Origin: Patescibacteria group bacterium
Lineage (GTDB): Bacteria; Patescibacteriota; Minisyncoccia; Phycocordibacterales; Phycocordibacteraceae
DNA length: 64,000 nucleotides
Assembly (NCBI GenBank): GCA_040390125.1
Contig: JAZJYZ010000001.1
Location: 243,026-307,025, forward strand
Direction of reading: 5' to 3'
Each line of letters starts with the position of its first letter. Positions within the stretch are counted from its first letter, which is position 1. The notes below the pieces were generated by a model. The model was not told the DNA's origin, did not search any database, and saw nothing but the letters and a program-made list of their open reading frames with translations. Made by a program: the position numbers and the translations under genes. Positions 44,745-54,540 of this stretch are shown here, piece after piece.

Positions 44745-45224
44745 TCATTCCGTCACCACTAGTGTGCCCCACATACCCATGGAGCGGTGACTCCCTACGG
44801 AGCAGTAGTATTCGAATGAGCCCACTTTATCTGCGACAAACTCTACCACCGCACTCTCTCCACCTCCAATTTTGCTCGTTGCAACATTGAATTCGTCAAT
44901 TTTAAAATCATGCATACCGCCGGAGTTCACGAAGGTAATTTTCACTCGGTCACCTGCTCTAGCACTGATTGCTACAGGGGCAAAGGAAAAATTTGAACCA
45001 GTAATAGTGAATTCTTTAACACGTGCGGTTGGTGCCTCACTCATGACTTCGGCTTTAATTTCACCTGTTTCCATACCTCCAGGGGGAAGTGTGGGAGTTT
45101 CCTCGGTGACTACAGGTTCGGCAACGTCCTCAATCGAAGCTGGTGGGTTTTGCGAGAAGTAATACCAACCGCCGAAAGCTAGAACGATAACAACTATCAG
45201 AATGATGGTTGATTTTTGTTTCAT
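44745..45224 (-). CDS. Membrane-anchored cupredoxin-domain protein
   Basis: Type-1 Cu ligands in MHDF...YYCSVGSHRSMGM; start at ATG 45224 (the longer ORF runs into a repeat element). Confidence 0.85.
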   Translation of the reverse strand: MKQKSTIILIVVIVLAFGGWYYFSQNPPASIEDVAEPVVTEETPTLPPGGMETGEIKAEVMSEAPTARVKEFTITGSNFSFAPVAISARAGDRVKITFVNSGGMHDFKIDEFNVATSKIGGGESAVVEFVADKVGSFEYYCSVGSHRSMGMWGTLVVTE

Positions 45225-45255
45225 AGTTACAGTAAAGCACATCGTACCTCTCGCA

Positions 45256-45370
45256 CTACCTTTGGCGAAACATTCGGCTTCTCCTCTGGAAGCCTTATTC
45301 GTCCTCGCACCGATTTCCCACCCAAGGTGGGAACCCAGCAATCGGTACTGCGGATGTTCGCCAAAGGTAG
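45256..45370. repeat. 115-nt structured dispersed repeat, copy 1
   Basis: About 80% identical to 56544-56658; terminal stem CTACCTTTGGCGAA/TTCGCCAAAGGTAG. Confidence 0.9.
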
Positions 45371-45492
45371 CACTCGTTTTTAAAGTTCGAAATTCTAGGG
45401 TTTTGCCGACACGGTGGTGCTATGTTATACTTTTCCTACTTGTATGATTTTAGTATCTACAGAATAATAATTACTACTATAAAAATATTGCT

Positions 45493-46107
45493 ATGATATA
45501 CGACACTATTCCCTCAGCAGAAGTTATTGAAAAAACCATCGCTGCAGTTGGTGCACGCAACGTGTCTGTGCACCTTGTGAATACCAAAGAAGAGGCGTTA
45601 GAGAAAGTGAAATCACTTATTCCTGAGGGGGCGGAAGTTATGACAGGGAGTTCAACGACGCTCCAGCAGATTGGTTTTGTGGACGTATTAAAGTCAGGAG
45701 AGCACCCTTGGAAGAACGTGAAAGAGACTATTGTTGCTGAAACAGATCCGGTGAAGCAAACGGAACTCCGAAAGTTAAGTGTCTCTGCTGATTATTTTCT
45801 CGGAAGTATCCACGCTATTACTGAAGCTGGGCAGACAGTCGTGGCCTCAGCTTCGGGTTTCCAGATTCCTTCGTATGCTTTTACCAGCGATAACGTGATA
45901 TGGGTCGCCGGTGCACAGAAAATAGTGCCCAATCTTGAATCTGCCTTTGCACGCATTCACGACTATGTATATCCACTAGAAGACGCTCGCATGAAGTCAG
46001 TGGGAATGGGCGGAAGTGTTATCGCAAAGATGTTTATATTCGAGCGTGAAATAATGCCGAATCGCCATGTACATCTTGTGCTCGTGAAAGAGGTCTTAGG
46101 TTTTTAG
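45493..46107 (+). CDS. LUD (lactate utilization) domain protein
   Basis: LIP.GA.V..GSS.TL..IG, ADYFLGS..AIT..G, V..V.G.QKIV. Confidence 0.8.
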   Translation: MIYDTIPSAEVIEKTIAAVGARNVSVHLVNTKEEALEKVKSLIPEGAEVMTGSSTTLQQIGFVDVLKSGEHPWKNVKETIVAETDPVKQTELRKLSVSADYFLGSIHAITEAGQTVVASASGFQIPSYAFTSDNVIWVAGAQKIVPNLESAFARIHDYVYPLEDARMKSVGMGGSVIAKMFIFEREIMPNRHVHLVLVKEVLGF

Positions 46108-46141
46108 TGATTTTTAGTTTTAGACAGGCTCTATTTTCCTC

Positions 46142-46183
46142 CTGTATAGTATAAAATCGCTACCGGAATTTTATACTATACAG
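46142..46183. repeat. Palindromic repeat CTGTATAGTATAAAAT, copy 1
   Basis: 16-bp arms with 10-nt loop; same arms at 49909-49956. Confidence 0.85.
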
Positions 46184-46238
46184 CTGAAAATAGGGATGTT
46201 TGTGTGCCTCCGTTCGCTCGGTGTGCGACAATGGCTCG

Positions 46239-48050
46239 ATGTCGACCGAAACAAAATATCCTCGGGTGGGTACTCTGGATGTCTTTAAGGCATTATGGCG
46301 TGGTATTAAGCCCCAGAAGGGAATTTTCTTCCTCTTGATCGGTGCCTCAATCGTTTCGAGCATCGTAGCGTCCGTTCTGATACCGCTCTCCTATAAGGAG
46401 TTTTTTGACATTCTGAGTGGTGCTACTAACCCATCAGCTGCCGTATCGTCTCTTCTCACTGTTGTTGTTACGATCGCTCTGTTTAACGTTTTCAGGTGGC
46501 TTGCACGTCGCATTGTTGATTTCAGCATCTCAAACCTCGAAGCGAACAGCATGGCACGACTTCGTCAGCAAGCGTTCGAGTACCTGGTTCGTCATTCGCA
46601 TACCTTTTTCTCTAATACTTTTACTGGAAGTCTCGTGCAGAGGGTAAGCCGTCTTGCTCGTTCTGTTGAAAGGTTACTCGATACCTTGAGTTTCACGTTG
46701 ATCCCACTTCTCGTCACTGTGCTCGGTGCGATTATCGTCGTATGGCATCAGGATCATTTTCTCGCTTTCGTGATTGCTGGATGGATTGTTGCCTTTTTTG
46801 CTTGTAATTTTGCTTTCTCCCTCTGGCGGGTGAAATATAGCGTCCGTGTTGCTGAAGCCGATTCGAAGACCACTGGAACTCTGGCCGACATCATCTCGAA
46901 CCAGAGTGCAGTTTCCTTGTTCTCTGCTTTTTCTGCGGAAGAGGCACGTTTCAAAAGCGTTACGAGAGCTCAAGCAAAGATCACACGGTTCACGTGGGAC
47001 GTCGCTAATATATTTGATGCCCTGCAAGCAGCTCTGATTGGTGTCGCAGAATTTCTTATCTTTTGGTATGCAGTGCCCCTGTGGGCTGAAGGGGCAATAG
47101 GTATAGGAACGCTCGTCTTGGTGCAGGTCTATTTGTTCCAACTTGCCTCGCAACTCTGGGACTTTGGCAGAATAATCCGTACGCTCTACGAGCTCTTCGC
47201 CGATTCCAAGGAGATGGTGGAGATCATGACCTTGCCACACGAGATAAAGGATGCACCGGATGCGAGGGAGCTTAGTGTGCAAAATGGCGAAGTTGAGTTC
47301 AGGGGTGTTTCTTTCAATTTTCAGGCGAAGAATAAGATTCTAGATAACGTTTCTGTTCGCATCTCTGCCGGGCAGAAAGTTGCACTGGTGGGTCCTTCTG
47401 GAGCTGGAAAGACGACGTTCGTCCGCCTACTTCTCCGCTTCCATGACCTTGTGGAAGGGCGAATCCTAATAGATGGAGAGCCTATAGAAAAAGTGACGCT
47501 GGATAGCTTGCACGAGAATATTGCACTAGTGCCTCAGGACCCCGTTCTTTTTCATCGGACTCTGATGGAAAACATACGCTACGGACGTATCAGTGCTACC
47601 GATGAAGAGGTGAAAGAAGCAGCACGACTTTCTCACTCTGATGAATTTATAGAAGCGTTGCCGCTTGGCTATCAGACGTACGTGGGGGAGCGGGGAGTGA
47701 AGCTCTCGGGTGGTGAGCGTCAACGCATTGCCATCGCACGTGCGATTCTCAAGAATGCACCTATACTCGTCTTGGACGAAGCGACATCAAGCCTTGATTC
47801 ACATTCCGAAGCGTTGATACAGGGAGCACTCGAGACATTGATGCGTGGGAAAACGGTCATCGCCATCGCACACCGCCTCTCTACCATACGCACCATGGAT
47901 CGCATTATTGTTCTTGAAGGTGGTAGCATCCGTGAAGACGGTACGCATGAGGCACTGTTAAAGAACCCCACAAGTTTGTACCGAGAGCTTTGGAACTTGC
48001 AAGCTGGTGGCTTTATTTTGGAAGAAGAAGTTGAAGAGACACTTGTATGA
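46239..48050 (+). CDS. ABC exporter, fused permease/ATPase
   Basis: Six TM helices; GPSGAGKTT, LSGGERQRIAIARA, LDEATS.LD, IAHRLST. Confidence 0.95.
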   Translation: MSTETKYPRVGTLDVFKALWRGIKPQKGIFFLLIGASIVSSIVASVLIPLSYKEFFDILSGATNPSAAVSSLLTVVVTIALFNVFRWLARRIVDFSISNLEANSMARLRQQAFEYLVRHSHTFFSNTFTGSLVQRVSRLARSVERLLDTLSFTLIPLLVTVLGAIIVVWHQDHFLAFVIAGWIVAFFACNFAFSLWRVKYSVRVAEADSKTTGTLADIISNQSAVSLFSAFSAEEARFKSVTRAQAKITRFTWDVANIFDALQAALIGVAEFLIFWYAVPLWAEGAIGIGTLVLVQVYLFQLASQLWDFGRIIRTLYELFADSKEMVEIMTLPHEIKDAPDARELSVQNGEVEFRGVSFNFQAKNKILDNVSVRISAGQKVALVGPSGAGKTTFVRLLLRFHDLVEGRILIDGEPIEKVTLDSLHENIALVPQDPVLFHRTLMENIRYGRISATDEEVKEAARLSHSDEFIEALPLGYQTYVGERGVKLSGGERQRIAIARAILKNAPILVLDEATSSLDSHSEALIQGALETLMRGKTVIAIAHRLSTIRTMDRIIVLEGGSIREDGTHEALLKNPTSLYRELWNLQAGGFILEEEVEETLV

Positions 48051-48589
48051 TTATAGGTATCACGGGCACGATAGGCGCAGGGAAGGGCACGATTGTCTCT
48101 TATTTAGAGAAGAAAGGATTTCGGCATGTGTCTGTTTCAGACTTTCTTGCTGATGTCGCCAAAGAGCGAGGTATTGAAGCGACACGTATTGCACGGAGAA
48201 CTATTGGCAACGAGTATCGTACGAAAAGCAAAACCGCACTTATTGAAGCCGTTCTTGCCGACGTAAACCCTCTGAAGGAACATATTGTTGTTGAGTCTCT
48301 ACACACCGCCTCCGAAGTGGAGTATGTTCGTAGCCTCGGGGGCACAATAATTTCGATTGATGCACCACTCTCTGTCCGCTATGAGCGGATTGTCAAGCGA
48401 GGAAGTATGACCGACCAGGTAAGTCTGGAGGAGTTTGTGCTAGAAGAAAAACGCCAGCTCGCCTCTGACGATCCAAATGAGAATAATCTGATTGCTTCGA
48501 TTTCTCTCGCTGACATCCATCTTGAAAACAATGGCTCGCCTCAGGAGCTTTATCAAGCAATTGATGATATTCTTGAGCGACTTATATGA
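48047..48589 (+). CDS. P-loop nucleotide kinase (dephospho-CoA/dNMP kinase-like)
   Basis: IIGITGTIGAGKGT, IDA....RYER...RG, AD....NNG. Confidence 0.75.
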   Translation: MIIGITGTIGAGKGTIVSYLEKKGFRHVSVSDFLADVAKERGIEATRIARRTIGNEYRTKSKTALIEAVLADVNPLKEHIVVESLHTASEVEYVRSLGGTIISIDAPLSVRYERIVKRGSMTDQVSLEEFVLEEKRQLASDDPNENNLIASISLADIHLENNGSPQELYQAIDDILERLI

Positions 48590-49311
48590 ACCCATTCGAT
48601 TCCCTCAGGGCAAGTCCTCTTCAATTTCGGTACCCAGGGCGATTCATCATCATTGGCAAAGATGCTGATTCGTACGTGGTGTTATATGGCGCAACGGGAC
48701 GTAGTCCGTCGAGCTTGGCGAGAAAGTTAGTTCGCAAAGATCATTCAGTATTTATGACAGCGGCGGATGAAACTGTTTCCAAAGAGGGTAATCCGGAACT
48801 CTTGGAATATCCCGCCCTTAAGGTCATTAAAAACGGTCTCGTAGTCGCAAATGGCAGGCAAATAGAAAATATTTCAAATATTGAGAAACGTGATGCACGC
48901 AAACAGCTCTCGTACGCAATGAGTGAAGAGGCATATGAGCCTGATGAATATCGAACACCTCGTATCACAGGTCTCTTGGCAGAAACTCAAGAAGGAATGG
49001 ACGGAGCACTCCATATAACACGTTCAGCGATTGACGGCATCGACCACTCTTCTTGGACTGTTCCATTTGAAAGCGGAAAAGGTCTTTTTATTTCTACCTA
49101 TGTTGGGGAAGACGTAAAACCGACTCCTTCTTTTGGAGGAGACCCTCTTCCTGTTGCACTTAATTTCGGATCTGCAAAAAATGCTGTACATGCCCTTTTC
49201 GATTCGTTCGCTCCTAGGGAAAGGCAGACTGATTACCGTGTGGGGTTTGTAGGGGTTTACTTGTCTTTTGGTAAACCGCTTGAAATTGCTATAGTAAATC
49301 GTATCTCATGA
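48586..49311 (+). CDS. PurO-type IMP cyclohydrolase-like protein
   Basis: YPGR.I..G, Y...GRS.SS..R, L..Y, VV.NG.Q, YEPD...TPRITG. Confidence 0.75.
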   Translation: MNPFDSLRASPLQFRYPGRFIIIGKDADSYVVLYGATGRSPSSLARKLVRKDHSVFMTAADETVSKEGNPELLEYPALKVIKNGLVVANGRQIENISNIEKRDARKQLSYAMSEEAYEPDEYRTPRITGLLAETQEGMDGALHITRSAIDGIDHSSWTVPFESGKGLFISTYVGEDVKPTPSFGGDPLPVALNFGSAKNAVHALFDSFAPRERQTDYRVGFVGVYLSFGKPLEIAIVNRIS

Positions 49312-49784
49312 GTGACGACTTCGATGATATTCAGATGCCTGCAATGAATCCCGGCGGTAAATCGGCGGCCCTTATAGAGGATGGTTTATCTGCGAAAGAA
49401 TTTGAAAAAATAGTAACTGATGCTTTTCTTTTAGTTCCAGAAAAATTTAGCTCCAAGGTGAGTGCAAGCGCTATCGTAATTGAAGAGGTGCCGAGCGATG
49501 CTCTGCTTCGGAAAGAAAATGTTCCAGAGGGCCATACTCTTTTTGGTCTGTATCAAACCACTGACGTTGGCGAGGGAGTGGTGATATTTCGTAATCCTAT
49601 TTTGCATGCTGCCGCCCATGAGGCTGGAGTTGAAGTGGAGTGGGGGGCTCCCACTGAGCCAATGAAACGCCGTATTCGTTCCATCGTTCGTGACATCATC
49701 TGGCATGAAATTGCACGCCATTTTGATATGGATGAATTTGAAATAGGTGCTCGAGAGGAGACGGGGATTAGTGAATTTAAATAG
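49308..49784 (+). CDS. Zincin-like metallopeptidase-family protein (degenerate HExxH)
   Basis: F...V..A....P, L.GLY, IFR.PI, WHEIARHF. Confidence 0.65.
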   Translation: MSDDFDDIQMPAMNPGGKSAALIEDGLSAKEFEKIVTDAFLLVPEKFSSKVSASAIVIEEVPSDALLRKENVPEGHTLFGLYQTTDVGEGVVIFRNPILHAAAHEAGVEVEWGAPTEPMKRRIRSIVRDIIWHEIARHFDMDEFEIGAREETGISEFK

Positions 49785-49908
49785 CTTTCAGGTGTTGGCT
49801 TTCAGATTTTAGTTTTAGGCGATGCTTCATCGTGTCCGAGGGCCAGCTTTACTGTATCCGTAGGTTTCATAGGAAAAATTTTTTATTTTTCTCTGAAATA
49901 CGAAAAAC

Positions 49909-49956
49909 CCCCTGTATAGTATAAAATCACGGTCGTGATTTTATACTATACAGGGG
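49909..49956. repeat. Palindromic repeat CTGTATAGTATAAAAT, copy 2
   Basis: CCCCTGTATAGTATAAAATCACG-GT-CGTGATTTTATACTATACAGGGG, 23-bp arms. Confidence 0.9.
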
Positions 49957-50030
49957 TGATAGGTGGGGGTGAGAGGAGTGGGTGACTTTACATATTTAAA
50001 ATTCAAAATCTTCCTAACTTCTCTAAACCC

Positions 50031-50594
50031 TTAAGGGGTTATGCTTTGTGTTTTTAGGAGTTCTGCGAATTTTTCCTGAACTTTTTGGAGTTTTGGTTCG
50101 ATAATTACTTGGCAGTATCCTTGGTTTTTATTTCTGGCGTAGTAGTCGAGATGCTCTTGTTCTGCCGGATAGAATTTTGTAAGAGGCGCTATATCAGTTG
50201 CTATAGGCTTTCCTTCTTTTGATGAATCATTGAGTTCCTGTATAAACGTTTCAGCTTCTTTCTTTTGCGTTTCGTTCGTGTAGAGAATTATTGAGCGATA
50301 TTCTGTACCTACATCATTACCTTGGCGATTTACTTGTGTGGCATCATGTGTGCCGAAAAAGACCGTGAGCAAATCTTTGTAGGTAATCGCTTCTGCGTCA
50401 AATTCTATTTTTATTACTTCCGCATGCCCCGTGTCTCCATTCATTACAGAATAGTAGGTGGGGTTTTCGGTTATTCCTCCTGCATAGCCAGGTTCAACTG
50501 AAATTACGCCCCGAAGCATTTTAAACACTGCTTCGGTGCACCAAAAACATCCCCCGCCGAATACCGCACTACTTTTAGTGTTTTCCACATCCAT
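50031..50594 (-). CDS. msrA: Peptide-methionine (S)-S-oxide reductase
   Basis: GGGCFWCTE, GYAGG, TGHAE, NRQGND.G.EYRS, H.DYY. Confidence 0.96.
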   Translation of the reverse strand: MDVENTKSSAVFGGGCFWCTEAVFKMLRGVISVEPGYAGGITENPTYYSVMNGDTGHAEVIKIEFDAEAITYKDLLTVFFGTHDATQVNRQGNDVGTEYRSIILYTNETQKKEAETFIQELNDSSKEGKPIATDIAPLTKFYPAEQEHLDYYARNKNQGYCQVIIEPKLQKVQEKFAELLKTQSITP

Positions 50595-50609
50595 ACATAA
50601 TCAAATAGA

Positions 50610-51245
50610 TCAGCAAACTGGATTTCTTTTGATGTGTTTGTAAATGGGAACGAACATGAACGCACCGATCAATTCGAACACTGAGACTGCGAGTATCACA
50701 CTCTGAAATCCAAAAGTGATAGCGAGGTATCCACCTAACGCTGCGGTCGCCGCAGAGGCGAGGTCGAGCATGGTGAAATAGAGTCCCCACATGGTGGCTT
50801 CTTTGCTATCGGGTATGTATTTTGTGAAAAGTGCCATGAAAGAAGGGAACTGAAATGCGAATGCAAGTCCCAAGAGAAACTGTGCCACATAGAGCTCAAA
50901 TGGAGTTGAGATGAACAGGTACGAGAGAGGTATGAAGCTTGCAAAGATGAGACTGCCGAAGATAAACCAAAAATCATCTTTATCACCGCATATCTTGTCA
51001 ATCAAGGCAGCAGCGGGTATTTGAAACAGGCTCTTGGTGATGAGATAGATTGCTATCGCAATGCCTGCAACTTCTGCACTTCCTCCTTGAATAAAGTCCA
51101 CTACGAAGAGTGCGAAGATGGGGCCGAGGAGTCCAGCTGCGGAGAAGAATACTACGTCTCCGAAAATGAGAAATTTTATTACAGGATTCGCTTTGAGGAG
51201 ATCCCCCCAGAAAAAAAAGCGGCGAGTGTTCGTCTCAGTATTCAT
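50610..51245 (-). CDS. Half-size (6-TM) MFS-like transporter
   Basis: L.PIFA.F, motif A-like segment, G...A...P...A, GG. Confidence 0.75.
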   Translation of the reverse strand: MNTETNTRRFFFWGDLLKANPVIKFLIFGDVVFFSAAGLLGPIFALFVVDFIQGGSAEVAGIAIAIYLITKSLFQIPAAALIDKICGDKDDFWFIFGSLIFASFIPLSYLFISTPFELYVAQFLLGLAFAFQFPSFMALFTKYIPDSKEATMWGLYFTMLDLASAATAALGGYLAITFGFQSVILAVSVFELIGAFMFVPIYKHIKRNPVC

Positions 51246-51255
51246 TTTTCTTTAA

Positions 51256-51450
51256 GAACCTGTTTCAAAAATAACGGCGTTACGAATCGCCCAAACTCCG
51301 TTGTGAGACTCAAAGCGTACTTCGATGGCGTGTCAGAGACACGGTGAGAAGTGTGCTGCAGGGTCGTAACAGGAGTTTGGGCGATGCAGTAGCCGAACGA
51401 GCTGGTTATATATGATTTGTTCATGGAGTGTTTATTTTTGAAACGGGTTC
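51256..51450. mobile_element. MITE-like element with 19-bp terminal inverted repeats, overlapping the msrB 3' end
   Basis: GAACCTGTTTCAAAAATAA ... TTATTTTTGAAACGGGTTC (18/19); inner stem ATCGCCCAAACTCC/GGAGTTTGGGCGAT. Confidence 0.75.
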
Positions 51451-51822
51451 GAGATTTAGGCAGACGGAGTTAATACAATATCGTTTCCCCGTGTTGGTAG
51501 GGCCATCATCAAATACGTGCCCCAAGTGAGAGCCACATTTTGCACACACGACTTCCGTGCGTGTCATGCCGTGCGAGGCGTCTGTTTTCATTTCAACTGA
51601 TCCGGGGATTGCATCGTCGAATGATGGCCAGCCGGTGCCAGAGTCAAACTTCTTTTCGGACGTAAAGAGAGGATTGCTACAGACTTTGCAATTAAACGTG
51701 CCGGAGGCGTCGGTGTGTACGTATTCGCCACTAAAAGGGGCTTCAGTTGCACCGGTGCGGAGTACTGCGTATTCCTCGGGCGTGAGGCGAGCTTTCAGCT
51801 CTTCTTCATCGGGTGTATTCAT
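51421..51822 (-). CDS. msrB: Peptide-methionine (R)-S-oxide reductase
   Basis: [42 protein letters not shown]. Confidence 0.96.
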   Translation of the reverse strand: MNTPDEEELKARLTPEEYAVLRTGATEAPFSGEYVHTDASGTFNCKVCSNPLFTSEKKFDSGTGWPSFDDAIPGSVEMKTDASHGMTRTEVVCAKCGSHLGHVFDDGPTNTGKRYCINSVCLNLEPVSKINTP

Positions 51823-51856
51823 ACTTCTATTCTAACAGGAGTATAATAAAAGGCAT

Positions 51857-52999
51857 ATGAAAAAACTCTCATTTTTAGCTTTTTTTGCAGTGGTAGCTTT
51901 AGTGATTCCGTTTGGCACTGTGCAGGCGGCACAAATGCAAGCAGAAAAGACTCTTACTATTTCTGAGGCATTGTCTGAAAATGCCTACCTAGTTGGACAA
52001 GAAGTCTACATATCTGCCACAGCTCGAAAAGACCTACTTGGTGCTGGCGGAAAGGTGACAGTGAATGCTCCAGTTGCCGGCGATCTTATGCTTGGGGCGG
52101 GTAGTATTAATATTCTCGACGAAGTAGCGGGGGATGTTCGTGTTGCTGGCGGAGATGTGACTATTTCGAAGTCTATTGGCGGAGACCTGCTTGTATTTGG
52201 TGGTACGGTTGTGATTCTTCCCGGGGCAACTATTGAAGGAGATGTTCTACTAGTTGGAGGAAGTGTAGACGTGCAGGGCACTCTCAATGGGAGTTTTAGA
52301 GTGTATGGAGGGGAGGCGACACTCAATGGCATCGTCGTCGGACCAGCCGTAATAAAAGTTAGCGAGACTATTGCTTTCGGCGAGAAGGCAGACTTTCGCT
52401 CTTCGCTCTCCTATTCTGCTCCAGCGGAGGCAACCATTACTGAGGGTGCAAAACTTGGCGACGAAGTGGTGTTTACAATGCAGGACACCAAGCCCCAGCG
52501 TAGTGTTGCAGGAGGAATTTTTGCTTTCATTGGTGTACTGATGATAATGAAATTCATCGGAATGCTTACGGCTGCACTTGTGGTCACGTACGCATTTAAG
52601 AATGCATCGCTCGCACTTTCTACGGGGGCGATTCAAAAATTCTGGCAGATGACCGGTATTGGACTTATTGCAACCGTTGTAACACCTATTGCTATTTTGC
52701 TTTTGTTCGTGAGCGTTATTGGAATGTATGTTGGTTTTCTTGTGGCTGTGCTCTATATATTTGCACTACTCACTGCAGGTATCTTCATGTGTATCATTGC
52801 GGGAGGTTTTCTTTCAAAATTAATTAAGAAAGAAATTCAAGTGAATTGGGTATGGGTGCTGGCTGGGACGATTCTTGTCTTCCTCCTCCCATTCATTCCG
52901 GTCCTTGGTTGGGTTGCTCTAGTGCTCCTCTTCTTTAATTCGATAGGTGCTGTGGTGATGAGCTTGAGGCAGGACGCTAAGGCAAAAATGGAAGTGTAA
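51857..52999 (+). CDS. Membrane protein with beta-helical (bactofilin-like) extracellular repeat domain
   Basis: Signal peptide; repeated V.GD...GG.V.I; about five C-terminal TM helices. Confidence 0.75.
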   Translation: MKKLSFLAFFAVVALVIPFGTVQAAQMQAEKTLTISEALSENAYLVGQEVYISATARKDLLGAGGKVTVNAPVAGDLMLGAGSINILDEVAGDVRVAGGDVTISKSIGGDLLVFGGTVVILPGATIEGDVLLVGGSVDVQGTLNGSFRVYGGEATLNGIVVGPAVIKVSETIAFGEKADFRSSLSYSAPAEATITEGAKLGDEVVFTMQDTKPQRSVAGGIFAFIGVLMIMKFIGMLTAALVVTYAFKNASLALSTGAIQKFWQMTGIGLIATVVTPIAILLLFVSVIGMYVGFLVAVLYIFALLTAGIFMCIIAGGFLSKLIKKEIQVNWVWVLAGTILVFLLPFIPVLGWVALVLLFFNSIGAVVMSLRQDAKAKMEV

Positions 53000-53010
53000 C
53001 TATTAAACAT

Positions 53011-53478
53011 ATGCCAAACGTAGGAGAACAAGCGCCTGACTTCACCCTTCTTGATCAAAATGGGAAGGAACACACTCTTTCGATGTATAAGGGACGTTTT
53101 GTACTTCTTTATTTTTATCCGAAGGACGATACCAGTGGATGCACTAAAGAAGCATGCATGATACGAGATGCGTTTCCTCGCTTCGAGGGTGTGCACGCTC
53201 ACGTATTAGGGGTGTCTACGGACTCTGTAGTAAGTCACAAAAAGTTTGCCGAAAAATACCAACTGCCTTTTTCACTGTTAGCCGATGAAAACAAAGAGGT
53301 TGTAGGGAAGTACGGCGTATGGGGCGAGAAGAAAATGATGGGACGCACCTACATGGGCACCAAGCGTACCTCTTTCTTAATAGACCCGAATGGCATCATA
53401 AAAAAAGTATACGAGGCGGTGAAGCCTGAAGTCCACGCAGAAGAAGTTCTTGCCGATCTCCAATCCTTAAATGCGTAA
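53011..53478 (+). CDS. bcp: Peroxiredoxin Bcp/PrxQ
   Basis: APDFTL, LYFYPKDDTSGCTKEAC..RD, R.SFLID. Confidence 0.95.
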   Translation: MPNVGEQAPDFTLLDQNGKEHTLSMYKGRFVLLYFYPKDDTSGCTKEACMIRDAFPRFEGVHAHVLGVSTDSVVSHKKFAEKYQLPFSLLADENKEVVGKYGVWGEKKMMGRTYMGTKRTSFLIDPNGIIKKVYEAVKPEVHAEEVLADLQSLNA

Positions 53479-54133
53479 ACTGCTCGTACGTCGTGCTCGG
53501 GCGAAAAAAATAGTTGCGTATCTAAAAAAGGCCTACCCAGAGCCGAAAAGCGAGCTTCTCTATAAAACTCCGTTCCAATTTCTGACGGCAGTGGTGATGT
53601 CGGCACAATGCACCGACAAAGTGGTGAATAGGGTAACTGCTCCGCTGTTTAAAAAATACAAGACCGCCTTCGACTTCGCTCAGGCCAAAGCCTCTGTATT
53701 CGAGCGTGAGATTTCTTCCGTAACCTTTTTTAGAAATAAGGCACGACATATTATTGCAGCAGCGAAGCAAGTAGTAGAGGGATATGGCGGGAAAGTGCCT
53801 ACGAGTGAGCGTGAGCTCACCGCGTTGCCGGGGGTAGGGTACAAGACTGCTCACGTGATTTTAAATGAACTCTATGGTGTGTCAGAAGGTATTCCAACTG
53901 ATACCCACGTAAAGCGTTTCGCAAAACGCTTTGATTTGGTTGATTCAAATGATTTGAAAAAGGTATCAAAAGAGCTCGAATCCTTGATCTCAAAGGCGGA
54001 TTGGAAGTATGTAAATAACGGTCTGGTACTCTATGGACGGTATGTCTGCAAAGCCCAAAAACACGACTGTACATCACACCCGCTCACGAAGCTCTGGCCG
54101 AAGGCGGGAAGCAGGTGGCCAAAAGCGAAGTAA
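53471..54133 (+). CDS. nth: Endonuclease III
   Basis: SAQCTD..VN, FFRNKA, LPGVGYKTA, DTHVKR; incomplete Fe-S motif. Confidence 0.9.
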   Translation: MRKLLVRRARAKKIVAYLKKAYPEPKSELLYKTPFQFLTAVVMSAQCTDKVVNRVTAPLFKKYKTAFDFAQAKASVFEREISSVTFFRNKARHIIAAAKQVVEGYGGKVPTSERELTALPGVGYKTAHVILNELYGVSEGIPTDTHVKRFAKRFDLVDSNDLKKVSKELESLISKADWKYVNNGLVLYGRYVCKAQKHDCTSHPLTKLWPKAGSRWPKAK

Positions 54134-54184
54134 GTTCTATGCTAGTTTGACTTTTACTAATAATAGTATTTAATTACAGGGTAT

Positions 54185-54466
54185 ATGTCACACGAACAAG
54201 GACACGATGAAGACTGGGTTGCATCATATGGGCGTGACGCAGAGGCATACACAGCCTATAAAGCTAAGCTCGTATCAGCTGACCTCCGCCGCAAGCTCGT
54301 TAATGCGGCACGCATCTCTATCTGGACATTACTCGGTATTGCGGGCGGTGCTGTTGCAGGGACAGCCATGGCAGGACCGATAGGGATGGCTGTCGGGACG
54401 GTCACTGGTGGAATAGGCGGTTTTGAGCTTGGTGGCGCACTCGTAAGGTCTGAAAATAAGAAGTGA
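54185..54466 (+). CDS. Small glycine-zipper membrane protein
   Basis: G...G..AG....GP.G..VG...GG..G; TTGACT promoter upstream and terminator downstream. Confidence 0.6.
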   Translation: MSHEQGHDEDWVASYGRDAEAYTAYKAKLVSADLRRKLVNAARISIWTLLGIAGGAVAGTAMAGPIGMAVGTVTGGIGGFELGGALVRSENKK

Positions 54467-54540
54467 AGAGTTTCTTTAAATAAAATCCTCCGATAAAAAA
54501 CCCGAAAGCTCGCTTTCGGGTTTTTGTATACAATATATGT

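Noticed and set aside
45225-45447. N-terminal extension of the cupredoxin ORF, plus ORFs 45202-45447 and 56532-56789 that resemble each other
   Set aside because: The similarity comes from translating the 115-nt non-coding repeat
51242-51424. 60-aa ORF between msrB and the MFS gene
   Set aside because: Lies almost wholly within the TIR-bounded element
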